DNA from: Candidatus Eiseniibacteriota bacterium
GTDB lineage: Bacteria > Eisenbacteria > RBG-16-71-46 > JABDJR01
Direction of reading: 5' to 3'
NCBI GenBank assembly: GCA_963762255.1
Contig: CAVXKA010000001.1
Coordinates: 352,001-416,000 of the forward strand
DNA: 64,000 bases
Numbering within the stretch: position 1 is the stretch's first letter; every line of letters begins with the position of its first letter. Shown here in pieces: positions 30,301-39,579 of this stretch. Below the pieces are notes generated by a model. That model worked only from the letters and a program-made list of their open reading frames with translations, searched no databases and had not been told where the DNA came from. Made by a program: the position numbers and the translations under genes.

Positions 30301-31881
30301 ATGCAGACCATGCTGGAGCCCCATCACAAGGAAGCTCGTGCGATCAACCGCAAGGGGTGGACCCTCTGGTTCGCGGCGTTCGCCCTGATCATCGCGTTCG
30401 CCACCACGGTCCACGTGCTCAACCTCCGGTTGATGGCGATCCTGAACCGGACCAACGACACGGATCTCTGGATCCGCAACGGGTACTACACCGGCATCGG
30501 GCTCGCCGGGCTCGTCCTTCTCTTCATCCTCTACACCGCGCTCAAGCAGGTCCAGCTCCAACAGGTCACCCACGCGCTGAGCCGCGAGGAAGCCGAGCTG
30601 GAGGACGTCACCGCGCGGCTCTCCGAGATCTCCGCGCTCTTCCAACTTGCCACGACCCTCAACCTGCGCATCGAGGTGGACGACATCGTGGGGCTCATCG
30701 TGCGGCGCGTGGTGGCGACGCTGCGGGCCCAACAGGCCTCGATCATGCTGTACGACCCCAAGTCCGACATGCTCGAGACGCGTGCCTACTACGGCGTCGA
30801 AGGCGAGTTCGCCTCGCAGGGCAAACGCCGGATCGGAGAGGGGATCGCGGGCTGGGTGGCCGAACGCCAGGAAGCCATTCTCCTCAACGATGCCGCGCCC
30901 CCCGACATGAAGCAATTCTACAAGACGGACCGGAACATCTCCTCCGCGCTCTCGGTCCCCCTGCGCGTGGATAACCGGTGCGTCGGCGTGCTGAACGTCA
31001 ACCGCATCAGTCATCCGGAGCCGTTCACCAATCGGCAGAAGGACATCCTGCGCATCTTTGCGGAGCACATCGGCACCGTGATCGAACGGGCCCAGGTCAT
31101 GAACGAACTGTATGCGAAGAATCGCGATCTCGAGCAGGCCAACATCCGGCTCGCCGATCTCAACCGCATGAAGGACGTCTTCCTGTCCACGGCAAGTCAT
31201 GAACTCAAGACGCCGCTCACGTCGGTGATCGCCTACGCCGAGGTTCTCACCGATCACGCCGACACCCTGACTCGCGACCAGAATGGCGAGTTCCTCGGCC
31301 GGCTGCGCTCCGAGGCGGAGCGGCTCATGAACCTGATCGAGGACATCCTCGACGTCACGCGCATCGAGACCGGCAAGGTCGAGCTCAAGCGGCAATCGCT
31401 CCTCATGAACCAGGTGACACACACCGCCGTGCAGACCGCGCGTCCGATGGCGGAGAAGTACGAGATCAATCTGGTGGAGGAGTTCAGCCCCGAGGTGGAT
31501 CTCGCCAGCGTGGATGAGGTGAAGTTCCGCCAGGCGCTCGTGAACCTGATCGTGAACGCGATCAAGTTCAGTCCGAAGGACGGCACGGTACGCGTGCGCA
31601 CCCGGTCCGATGCCGACGACATCGTGATCGAGGTCGTCGATCAGGGTCCGGGGGTGGCGCCCGAGGACATCTCGCAGATCTTCACGCTCTTCGGCCAGAG
31701 CCTGCGCGGGAAGACCGACAAGGCGAAGGGGCTGGGTATCGGCCTTCACCTGGTGAAGGCGCTCGTCGAGATGCACGGCGGTCAGGTCGGGGTGGACAGC
31801 ACGGTAGGCGCAGGCAGCGTCTTCTGGATTCGGGTCCGCTCCGAGGCCGCAGGCACCCAGGGCGCGGCCAAAGCGGCCTAG
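30301..31881 (+). CDS. Membrane sensor histidine kinase (2 TM, GAF, HisKA, HATPase)
   Basis: GEGIAGWV (GAF); FLSTASHELKTPL; NLIVNAIKF; DQGPG; GLGIGL. Confidence 0.93.
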   Translation: MQTMLEPHHKEARAINRKGWTLWFAAFALIIAFATTVHVLNLRLMAILNRTNDTDLWIRNGYYTGIGLAGLVLLFILYTALKQVQLQQVTHALSREEAELEDVTARLSEISALFQLATTLNLRIEVDDIVGLIVRRVVATLRAQQASIMLYDPKSDMLETRAYYGVEGEFASQGKRRIGEGIAGWVAERQEAILLNDAAPPDMKQFYKTDRNISSALSVPLRVDNRCVGVLNVNRISHPEPFTNRQKDILRIFAEHIGTVIERAQVMNELYAKNRDLEQANIRLADLNRMKDVFLSTASHELKTPLTSVIAYAEVLTDHADTLTRDQNGEFLGRLRSEAERLMNLIEDILDVTRIETGKVELKRQSLLMNQVTHTAVQTARPMAEKYEINLVEEFSPEVDLASVDEVKFRQALVNLIVNAIKFSPKDGTVRVRTRSDADDIVIEVVDQGPGVAPEDISQIFTLFGQSLRGKTDKAKGLGIGLHLVKALVEMHGGQVGVDSTVGAGSVFWIRVRSEAAGTQGAAKAA

Positions 31882-33554
31882 TCGGGAATCGCCAGAAATA
31901 ACGGCCGCATTTTCCGCGCCGCCACGGGGGCGAGATCGCCCGACCGCATCGCTTCCCAGAGGTCCCCTGCCTCGACCTTGCGATAGGAGGTGCCGCACGC
32001 CTCGATGCGGTACCGCGCGGCGTCGAACGATGCGCGGGCGCCGGAGTCGAGAATGTAGACCGCCCGTGATTCCGGCGAGGGCGCCGATTGCCCGGAGCGC
32101 ACGCGCACCTCCACCGCGCGCGGCCACACCCGGCCTCCCGAGAGCACGCGGACTTGTGCGAGCTGGCGTCCGGGTACCCCCATCGCGATGACCTCGCGCC
32201 CGGCGAGGTCGGCGGTGTCGAGCCGCGCCGCCAGCGCCGACGCCGGGTTCGCGCCCAGGATCGGCCGCACCCAGAGGTCGTAACCCACGGGCAGACAGAG
32301 GACGAGCATCCCGGCCGCAGCGAAACGCACCGTATCCCCGCGATGCCGCGACCAGGCATGAAGGCCGAGCATCAGCGCGATCCACACACCGCCGAAGACC
32401 GCCAGGCGGAGGTCGAGCCGAAACCCCGCCGCGACGCACAGGATCGCGACGGCGGCCACGAGCGTCAGGATCGCCGCGCCCGTCCTCAACATGATCCGGC
32501 GGGCGGACACCTCGCGCGCGGCGGTCACCAGCACTGCAGCCAGCCATGCCGCGAGCAACGGATACGCGGGCAGGAGATATCGCGGTCTCGTCATGTTGCC
32601 GATCGAGAAGATCACCAGCAAGAGCGCGCACCAGCCGAGAACGAAGAGCGACTCGGCGCGGAACTCGCCCACGAATCGCTTCAACGCGGCGCGCGCAGGT
32701 CTCGCGCCGGCGACCGCGACCAGAGACCAAGGGAAGAAGATGAGGAACGGCGCGGCCAGATAGACGGCCGCGTGGCCCGCGCGCTCTCCCCAACTCATCG
32801 TCAGCCGCGAGCCCACCTGGTCGGCGAAGAACCCCTGAATCGCGGCCACACCGTGTACCCCAGCGACCAGCACGAACCAGAACGCCGCGATCCCGAGTCC
32901 CAACAGCATGGCGGGCACATGAACGAGCCGCCGCGGCCCGACGCCGCCGTGTCTGTGCATCATCCACGCGGCGATGAAGACGTAGGCGAGGAGCGCGACC
33001 CCGAGCATCCCCTTCGCGGCTATGGCGAGCCCGACCCCTCCGTAGCCCAGAACGAGATCGCGTCCGGAGCGTGTTCCTTCGAAGAGCGCGCGGGTGAAAC
33101 CCCAGAGCCCGAGCGTGATGCCCAGGCAGAGGAGGATGTCCGGGGTGGCCCGCATCGAGGCGCCGTGCAACTCGTCGTTCGAGACCAGCAGCACGACCGT
33201 CCCCAGCGCGGCGGTTTCGTCGCGGAACAGCGTCCGCGCGGTCAGGTACGCGAACCAGATGACGAGGCAACCCGCGATGAGGAACAGGATGCGCGAGGCG
33301 AACACGTTGATCCCGAGCACGCGGAAGCCGGCGGCGACCATCCAGTACGCAAGCCCGGGCTTGTTGAACCGGGGGGTTCCGTCGGCGAAGTGCGGCGTGA
33401 CGTAGTCGCCGGTCTGCACCATGCGGATGGCGGCGTCGGTGTAGTACTGCTCGTCAGGGTGCCCGCGCGTGACGCCTGCCAGGATGGGAAGGTGCAGGAC
33501 GAAGAAGAGTACGATGAGGGCAAGGGCCCAGGCGGCGTGCGATCCGGGTTTCAT
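31878..33554 (-). CDS. ArnT/PMT-like glycosyltransferase (GT39/GT83, GT-C fold)
   Basis: PDEQYY, MVQTGDYVTP, RFNKPGLAYW, ATPD, AKG, PRYLLP; many TM helices. Confidence 0.85.
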   Translation of the reverse strand: MKPGSHAAWALALIVLFFVLHLPILAGVTRGHPDEQYYTDAAIRMVQTGDYVTPHFADGTPRFNKPGLAYWMVAAGFRVLGINVFASRILFLIAGCLVIWFAYLTARTLFRDETAALGTVVLLVSNDELHGASMRATPDILLCLGITLGLWGFTRALFEGTRSGRDLVLGYGGVGLAIAAKGMLGVALLAYVFIAAWMMHRHGGVGPRRLVHVPAMLLGLGIAAFWFVLVAGVHGVAAIQGFFADQVGSRLTMSWGERAGHAAVYLAAPFLIFFPWSLVAVAGARPARAALKRFVGEFRAESLFVLGWCALLLVIFSIGNMTRPRYLLPAYPLLAAWLAAVLVTAAREVSARRIMLRTGAAILTLVAAVAILCVAAGFRLDLRLAVFGGVWIALMLGLHAWSRHRGDTVRFAAAGMLVLCLPVGYDLWVRPILGANPASALAARLDTADLAGREVIAMGVPGRQLAQVRVLSGGRVWPRAVEVRVRSGQSAPSPESRAVYILDSGARASFDAARYRIEACGTSYRKVEAGDLWEAMRSGDLAPVAARKMRPLFLAIPD

Positions 33555-33600
33555 GAGGCGTAACACTCTAGCCGCCCCACCGCCTCCGCGAAAGGGCGAG

Positions 33601-36225
33601 TCAGTCCTTCGGCTGCAGTAGCTCCCGGAAGGGGGCAGTCCCCCACAGCGGCTCCAGATCAATTTCCCGGTGCACCCCGAGGCTGTAGGGCACCCCGGCC
33701 GCGAAGGACTCGCGAAGCAAACCGACCGCTTCGTCGCCGTCGCCGAGGACGGCGGCGATGCACGCGCGGCGATAGGTGTTTGCACCGAAGAGATGGTCCC
33801 CGGTCATTCGCTTGAGCTCATCCGCCGCGCGCATCGCATCCTCGCGGTTCCCGAGACGCGCGGCCAACGCGCCGTGAATGCCCAGGCAGCGCAGGTTCGC
33901 GGGCTGCGTCTCGAGCAGAACAAGGCAGACCGAGTCCGCCTCCCCCCAGTGCTCTCCCCACCGCATTGCGTCGAGGAGACCATCGAGCAAGTCCGCATTC
34001 CCTGCCGCGCCCACCAGCTTTCCGCGATACCACGACGCGGCCCGGTCGGCGATCCCGAGGGAGGCATCACGATTCCCGTGGGCGCGCAGCTCCGCGGCGG
34101 CCACGAGCGCCACCGCACCAGGCTCGTCGCCGGCGGAAGCCGTTCCGAGGCACTCGTCCACCACGCGATCGACCTCCTCCGGACGATCGAGCGCGGCCAG
34201 GGCCTCCGCTTCGATGTCCCGCAGATCGAACGGCCCCGCCCCCGCGGATCGCCCTCGGTGCGCCTCCTCCAACTCGCGGCGGTACTCCCCAAGTAGGTGC
34301 AGGGCGACGCAGAGGTTGCCGGTCCATGTGACGCCCATGGCAAGTCCCACCCAAGGCCGCGTGCCGAATCTGTCGTATGTATCCACGGTCTGTCGCGGGT
34401 GATTGCTGAGCCGGGCCATGTACCCAACCCAGAGCGCGATCATCGGATCCTCGGGGGCTAGTTTCTGCGCGAGGCGCGCTTGCTGCAGCGCCTCCGCGAA
34501 ACGCTGATTCGTATACGCGACGAAGACGTCCAGCCAGTACCGCCCGAGGGGCGGGGCCTGATCCCGCATCCCGCCCAGTTCACGCAGGATCTCGTCCACC
34601 CGCGCATGGTCGCCAGCCGTATGAAGGATGAATCCCGCGTAGAACAGGGGAGCCAGGAACGACGGATCGAGTTGCGCAGCCCGATCGAAATGCTCGAGCG
34701 CCTTCGCGTCGTCGGTGAGGAACAGCTCGAAGCCGAGAATGAACTCACGATAGGCGTCGTAGCGCGGCGGGCGCTGAACGACGATGCTGTAGTCGGATCC
34801 CCAGTCGACGGCCATCGCGCCCATCACCTGCTGGCGGAGCGCGTCGATCGCCTCCATCGGCGCGCTCCGGTGGGCACTCACGGGATCGAGCGCATGCCGC
34901 AGCGTGCCGTGCACGGCGTCGGTGATCTCGGCCTGGAAGCGCAGCGTGTCTCCCTGCAAGTAGTACGTCCCTGAGACCACCGTTCCGGCACCGGAGGCCT
35001 CCGCCAGCGCCCGTATTGGATCGCGCGCGGCCGCTGCCGCGGAAACCACCGAGGCTCCCGCGAAGAGCACCGTGGTGCTCGGGGCAACCTGGATGCCCTC
35101 TACGCGCGAGAGGCCCTGGGTGATCCAATCGGACACCATACGCCCGAGGGGATCGAGACTCGTGTCACCGGTCTGATTCTCGAACACCGCCACCGCGATG
35201 CGCTTGGGCACAAGGTTCGTGGAGGGTGTGTCATGCCGGCCGCGAGATCGAATGAAGACTCCGATCGTGATCGCCGCAGCGATCGCTATTGCGCCCGCCG
35301 CGAGCAGCACGGCGGCACGGCTGCGCTTCGACGGGACACCCGCGGGTTCGGGTCGGGATCCGGTGGAACGCGTCGCGGCGGAGTTCAAGGCAAAGGCCAA
35401 GTCGCGCGCCGATTGGAACCGCTCGGCTGGGTTCTTCTCCATACAGCGGCGCACGATGGACTCGAGGCCGGCCGGAAGGGCGGCGATACCCTGCGGCACG
35501 ATGGGCGGAGGATCCTCCTTCAGGATCGCGCTGATCGTATCCGCGGGCGAGGACCCGTGGAATGCGCGCTTTCCGGTGAGCAATTCGTAGAGGACGGCGC
35601 CGAGGGTGAAGATATCCGTGCGCGGGTCCACCGGCTCCCCACGCACCTGCTCCGGCGACATATACCCGGTCGTGCCCACGACCGACCCCGGCTCAGAGCG
35701 CACAGCCATCGTCGGAGACCGCGAGTGCCGATCGTCGAAGACCAACTCCGCCGCCGACGCCAACCCGAAGTCCAGGATCTTCACGTGTCCGTCCTTCGAC
35801 AGGAACACGTTCTCAGGCTTGAGATCCCGGTGCACGATCCCCTTCTCGTGCGCCGCGGCAAGACCCTTCGCAATCTGGGCGCCGATCTCCGCCGCCTTGC
35901 GCGGGGCGATGGCCCCCGCCTTGAGCCGCTCGCGTAGCGTCTCGCCCTCCAGGAGTTCCATCACCGCGAAGGTCGTGCCTTCGTGGACGCCGAAATCATG
36001 GATGGCAAGGATGTTCGGGTGCGAGAGCGCGGCCACAGCCTTCGCCTCACGCTCAAAACGACTGATTCGGTCGGGATCCTTGGCGAGGGCGGGCGCGATG
36101 ACCTTCAGAGCGACGTCGCGCTCCAACCTGGCGTCACGGGCGCGGTAGACCTCGCCCATTCCGCCGGCGCCAAGGAGGCCGACGATCTCGTAGGGTCCGA
36201 GCCGGGTTCCGGCTGGGAGAGCCAT
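33601..36225 (-). CDS. Hanks-type Ser/Thr protein kinase with TolB-N-like and TPR domains
   Basis: LGAGGMGEVY, VALK, HRDLKPEN, DFGLA, YMSPEQ; TM; IAVAVFEN; TPRs. Confidence 0.95.
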   Translation of the reverse strand: MALPAGTRLGPYEIVGLLGAGGMGEVYRARDARLERDVALKVIAPALAKDPDRISRFEREAKAVAALSHPNILAIHDFGVHEGTTFAVMELLEGETLRERLKAGAIAPRKAAEIGAQIAKGLAAAHEKGIVHRDLKPENVFLSKDGHVKILDFGLASAAELVFDDRHSRSPTMAVRSEPGSVVGTTGYMSPEQVRGEPVDPRTDIFTLGAVLYELLTGKRAFHGSSPADTISAILKEDPPPIVPQGIAALPAGLESIVRRCMEKNPAERFQSARDLAFALNSAATRSTGSRPEPAGVPSKRSRAAVLLAAGAIAIAAAITIGVFIRSRGRHDTPSTNLVPKRIAVAVFENQTGDTSLDPLGRMVSDWITQGLSRVEGIQVAPSTTVLFAGASVVSAAAAARDPIRALAEASGAGTVVSGTYYLQGDTLRFQAEITDAVHGTLRHALDPVSAHRSAPMEAIDALRQQVMGAMAVDWGSDYSIVVQRPPRYDAYREFILGFELFLTDDAKALEHFDRAAQLDPSFLAPLFYAGFILHTAGDHARVDEILRELGGMRDQAPPLGRYWLDVFVAYTNQRFAEALQQARLAQKLAPEDPMIALWVGYMARLSNHPRQTVDTYDRFGTRPWVGLAMGVTWTGNLCVALHLLGEYRRELEEAHRGRSAGAGPFDLRDIEAEALAALDRPEEVDRVVDECLGTASAGDEPGAVALVAAAELRAHGNRDASLGIADRAASWYRGKLVGAAGNADLLDGLLDAMRWGEHWGEADSVCLVLLETQPANLRCLGIHGALAARLGNREDAMRAADELKRMTGDHLFGANTYRRACIAAVLGDGDEAVGLLRESFAAGVPYSLGVHREIDLEPLWGTAPFRELLQPKD

Positions 36226-36318
36226 GGGCGAGACACTACGACCGCAGGCGGTCGCCGTGCAATCCGATTGCGCGCGGGGCGCGGTCAGCGCGGCGCGACC
36301 GGGGACGCGCTCGAGCGC

Positions 36319-37767
36319 TCACCGCAACACGACAAGCGGTCGCGCGACGCGCCGGCCTTCCGCCTCCAAGGTGACGACATAGCGCCCGGATGCGACAGGG
36401 ACCCGCGCGTCGTCGCGCAGATCCCACGCGAGGCGTTGCTCGCCCGCGTCCGACCAGCCGGAGTGCAACAGTCGCACGACTCGTCCAGCCACGTCGTGTA
36501 TCTGAACGCGCGTGTCGCCGGCGCGCTCCAGCCGGAACGCGATCGTGGTTGCACTGTGCGCCGGATGCGGCGCCGTGGCATGCAGCGCGAGCCCCGCCGA
36601 GGGCGCGACGACCGGTACTGCCGTGACCTCTCCCCCCCGCAGTACGGCCACGCGCCGCGACTCGTGGAGCGCGGCGACCAAGTCGGGCCAGTCGTCGGAG
36701 TTCACGTCGCCCACCGCGACCGAGGCTACCGGCTCCCCGAGCGACATCACGGTGTCAAGGGTGAACGCTCCCGCGTCGTTGATGAGCAGCGCGATCGTCC
36801 CGGTCGGACCGGCGGTGACGATGTCGAGATCCTCGTCCAGATCCACATCGGCCACAGCGAACGTCGAGAGCGGCGCTCCTACCGGCACCACAGTCGGCGC
36901 CAGGTAGGGCGTCTGACCGTCGCTTGGGTACACAGAGACCACGCCGCCTGCCGGACCGCTCGAGGCCACCACCAGGTCGTACCAGCCGTTGGCCGTGATC
37001 TCCGCAATCGTCACCGCCTTCGGCACCGCCTCCGCGGCGAGCGAGTCGGCGAGGTAGTAGTAATAGCGCTCGTAGTACTCGTACTCTGCGGTGAGCAGCG
37101 TCACGCGCCCCGGGTCCGCGCCCGGGTTCCCGTTGGCCACGACCGCATCGCCGACGCCGTCGTAGTTGAAGTCGATGGATGCGATCCCGCAGGGAGATGG
37201 ACCGGCCGCACCACTCGTGCGCCAGAAGAAGTTGCGCTCCCCGTCCGCTTCGTAATGCGTGAGCATCCCCGAGGCCCCTGCGGTCTCGAACCCGGGGGCC
37301 ACCCCCCAGAAGCCCTGGGAAATCGTGATGGCGCAGGGACCGGCGCTGGTGGGATAGGAGACCGGCGCTTCGAAGCCGGCGCCGGTTACGCCGAACAGCA
37401 CGGATGCGGTATTGGACAAGGAGTCCGCGGTCACCACGTCGAGGTCGTTGTCGGCGTCGAAGTCGACGATCGCCATCGCCACCGGATGCGCGCCGGTCGC
37501 ATAGGCAACCGGTGTCGAGAAGACGCCGCCGCCGTCTCCCGTGAGCACGGTCACCACGCTCGTGCTGTCGTTGGAGGTGACCACATCGAGCGTGCTGTTT
37601 CCGTCGAGGTCCGCGAGCGCCACCGCGCGCGGGGCCGGACCCACGGGCCAGTACGCGGGCGTGCCGAAGAGGAGGCCGGCGTGGGCGGGGGCGTGCGCGC
37701 CCAAGAGAAGCGCGATTGCGACGGTCGCGCCTACGCCGCGCAGGGCAGAGAGCATCACGTAGTTCAT
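36319..37767 (-). CDS. Secreted FG-GAP/VCBS repeat protein with T9SS/FlgD-like C-terminal domain
   Basis: Repeats ADLDGNSTLDVV, DFDADNDLDVV, DFNYDGVGDAV, GDVNSDDWPDL; C-terminus IHDVAGRVVR...WD...VASGRY...LVVLR. Confidence 0.85.
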   Translation of the reverse strand: MNYVMLSALRGVGATVAIALLLGAHAPAHAGLLFGTPAYWPVGPAPRAVALADLDGNSTLDVVTSNDSTSVVTVLTGDGGGVFSTPVAYATGAHPVAMAIVDFDADNDLDVVTADSLSNTASVLFGVTGAGFEAPVSYPTSAGPCAITISQGFWGVAPGFETAGASGMLTHYEADGERNFFWRTSGAAGPSPCGIASIDFNYDGVGDAVVANGNPGADPGRVTLLTAEYEYYERYYYYLADSLAAEAVPKAVTIAEITANGWYDLVVASSGPAGGVVSVYPSDGQTPYLAPTVVPVGAPLSTFAVADVDLDEDLDIVTAGPTGTIALLINDAGAFTLDTVMSLGEPVASVAVGDVNSDDWPDLVAALHESRRVAVLRGGEVTAVPVVAPSAGLALHATAPHPAHSATTIAFRLERAGDTRVQIHDVAGRVVRLLHSGWSDAGEQRLAWDLRDDARVPVASGRYVVTLEAEGRRVARPLVVLR

Positions 37768-37890
37768 GTCACGTACCTCCGGCTGTGGAAGTCGTGGGCA
37801 TCATACCTATTCGGGCGCGCATGAGGGAAGCGAGGCCCGATCGTCTGTTAGAATGCGCTTCTCGAAGTCTTCAACCGCCACGAACGACAA

Positions 37891-38598
37891 GTGACGCCCA
37901 TGAACACACACCCTAGCCGCTGCACCGTCTGCCAGTCTCAACCGCCCGGTTTTGCCTGTGGCCTCAATCCCCGGGTTCAAGCCGCCGTCGGTACGGCAAC
38001 GGTCACGCAGGCGTATCGTCGCGGGCAGACCGTCTTCCTCGCGGGAACACCTGCCAGCGCGCTCTACGTCGTTCATTCCGGCCAGGTCAAGATCTTCCGC
38101 GGCGGACTCGGGGGGGAAGTTCAGGTGATCCGGGTGCTCGGGCCGGGTGAGATCCTCGGGTACCGCCCCCTGCTGGCAAATGAGCTATACGCTTCCAGCG
38201 GTGAGGCGGTCGAGGATTCCGCCCTCTGCGTCATTCCCGCGGCGATCGTCCGCGATCTCTTGCGCGACATCCCCGAGTTCGCGATCGAACTCCTCGCCAA
38301 GCTGGCGCGCGAGCTGCGTGTGTCCGAGGACTTGATGATGGGTCTTCTCCACCATCCGGTCCGCAGGCGTGCCGCCCGGGTGCTCCTCGCCCTGCTCGAA
38401 GATAATCGGCACGCGTCCGACCCGATGATCCTCCGGACCCGCCACCTCCGCCGTCAGGACATGGCGCGCATGATCGGGACGACGCCCGAGACCTTCTCTC
38501 GTGTGCTGCGGGACTTCTGCCAGCGCGGGATGGTCTCCCTCTCGCGCGACCACATCCGTGTCCGCGACATGGATCTGCTCAAGAAGGCGGCCGGGTAG
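37891..38598 (+). CDS. Crp/Fnr family transcriptional regulator, FNR-like
   Basis: cNMP-binding fold (LYVVHSGQVKI, GPGEILG); HTH MIGTTPETFSR; N-terminal C-x2-C-x8-C. Confidence 0.9.
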   Translation: MTPMNTHPSRCTVCQSQPPGFACGLNPRVQAAVGTATVTQAYRRGQTVFLAGTPASALYVVHSGQVKIFRGGLGGEVQVIRVLGPGEILGYRPLLANELYASSGEAVEDSALCVIPAAIVRDLLRDIPEFAIELLAKLARELRVSEDLMMGLLHHPVRRRAARVLLALLEDNRHASDPMILRTRHLRRQDMARMIGTTPETFSRVLRDFCQRGMVSLSRDHIRVRDMDLLKKAAG

Positions 38599-38776
38599 GC
38601 CCGTCGAGCCCGCCCGCGCGGATCCGACCACCCACCTCGCTCAGCGGCTGATCTCAGCCGCGGTTGCGTCGAATCGCCCGGGCAGCATGGGTGCCGAGCA
38701 TCGTGACAGCGCCCGACTGCCCTCGCAGGACGATAGGGCACAAGCAGTTGAGTATTTGAGCCCCAACCTCGCAAGA

Positions 38777-38792
38777 TGGATCCGGAATTGCA
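38777..38792 (+). promoter_or_regulatory. Putative sigma54 (-24/-12) promoter with upstream IHF-like site
   Basis: TGGATCCGGAATTGCA has GG-N10-GC with TTGCA; CAA-N4-TTG at 38741-38750. Confidence 0.5.
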
Positions 38793-38835
38793 TATCTCAC
38801 AGTCGGGGGCAGCAAAACAAGCAGATGAGGCAACC

Positions 38836-39507
38836 ATGAGAACGATGAGAAAGACACCGATGCTTCTAGCCCTCTTCGGGCTCGCCCTTGCGGCGTGGGT
38901 CGTTCTCCCCGGTTGCGGGGGGGAGAATGACCTGGTCACATCTCCCTCCGCCTCCCAATGGGCGAGCGGCGATCCCGCCAGCTTCTCCCCGCCTGAAGGA
39001 GGCCTGACTGATAGAAGGATAGTGGGGGGAACTCATTTCGCCACCTGGACTCTTGTGGCCAGCGGCTGGGTGACCCCCGAGGCGTCCGTCAAAGTGGAAG
39101 GCTCGCGCTACTCGCTGAAGTTCCCGAAGGGAGGCGTAGCGAAGCGAGAGTTCATCACCATCTGCGAGCGCGACCCGATGGTGGCCGACGTGGAGTTTGG
39201 ACCGCATGGGACATGGTTCGTCATTCCCGTGGAAGTGACGATCGATTACAAGGGAACCTCCAACGACCCCGAATCGAAGAACTACAACGGGATGGAGCCC
39301 GCGGTCTTCTGGTACGACCCGGTGGCGCGGGCCTGGCAGCCCATCCCTTTCACGGCGGACAAAAATCTCAAGAAGGTCACGTTCTACCTGGAGCACTTCT
39401 CCCGCTACGCACTGCAGGGCGCGACCGATGACGGCGAGTGGCAGTGGACGCGAACCGGGAAGCAAACCGAAGACCCCTTGGGCGAGGGCCCGTCAGATCT
39501 GAATTGA
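38836..39507 (+). CDS. Hypothetical lipoprotein with ZU5-like domain (HFS motif)
   Basis: GAGG RBS; LPGC lipobox; LKFPKGGV...EFGPHGTWFVIPVEVTI...W...LEHFSRYA. Confidence 0.7.
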   Translation: MRTMRKTPMLLALFGLALAAWVVLPGCGGENDLVTSPSASQWASGDPASFSPPEGGLTDRRIVGGTHFATWTLVASGWVTPEASVKVEGSRYSLKFPKGGVAKREFITICERDPMVADVEFGPHGTWFVIPVEVTIDYKGTSNDPESKNYNGMEPAVFWYDPVARAWQPIPFTADKNLKKVTFYLEHFSRYALQGATDDGEWQWTRTGKQTEDPLGEGPSDLN

Positions 39508-39529
39508 GATAGAACCTCTGTCCTGTGCG

Positions 39530-39567
39530 GCGGCAAGGGGCCGGCTTCACTGCCGGCCCCTTGCCGC
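39530..39567. terminator. 16-bp stem hairpin between convergent genes (likely terminator)
   Basis: GCGGCAAGGGGCCGGC-TTCACT-GCCGGCCCCTTGCCGC. Confidence 0.7.
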
Positions 39568-39579
39568 GCCCCCCCCCGA

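Noticed and set aside
30199-33270. Very long alternative-frame and antisense ORFs (e.g. 30199..33270, 27787..30147, 59065..61074, 3832..5514)
   Set aside because: They are Arg/Gly/Ala-rich shadow ORFs overlapping well-supported genes, as expected at high GC.
38600-38835. Possible riboswitch in the long leader
   Set aside because: No recognisable aptamer consensus (c-di-GMP, TPP, cobalamin, SAM); better explained as a promoter region.
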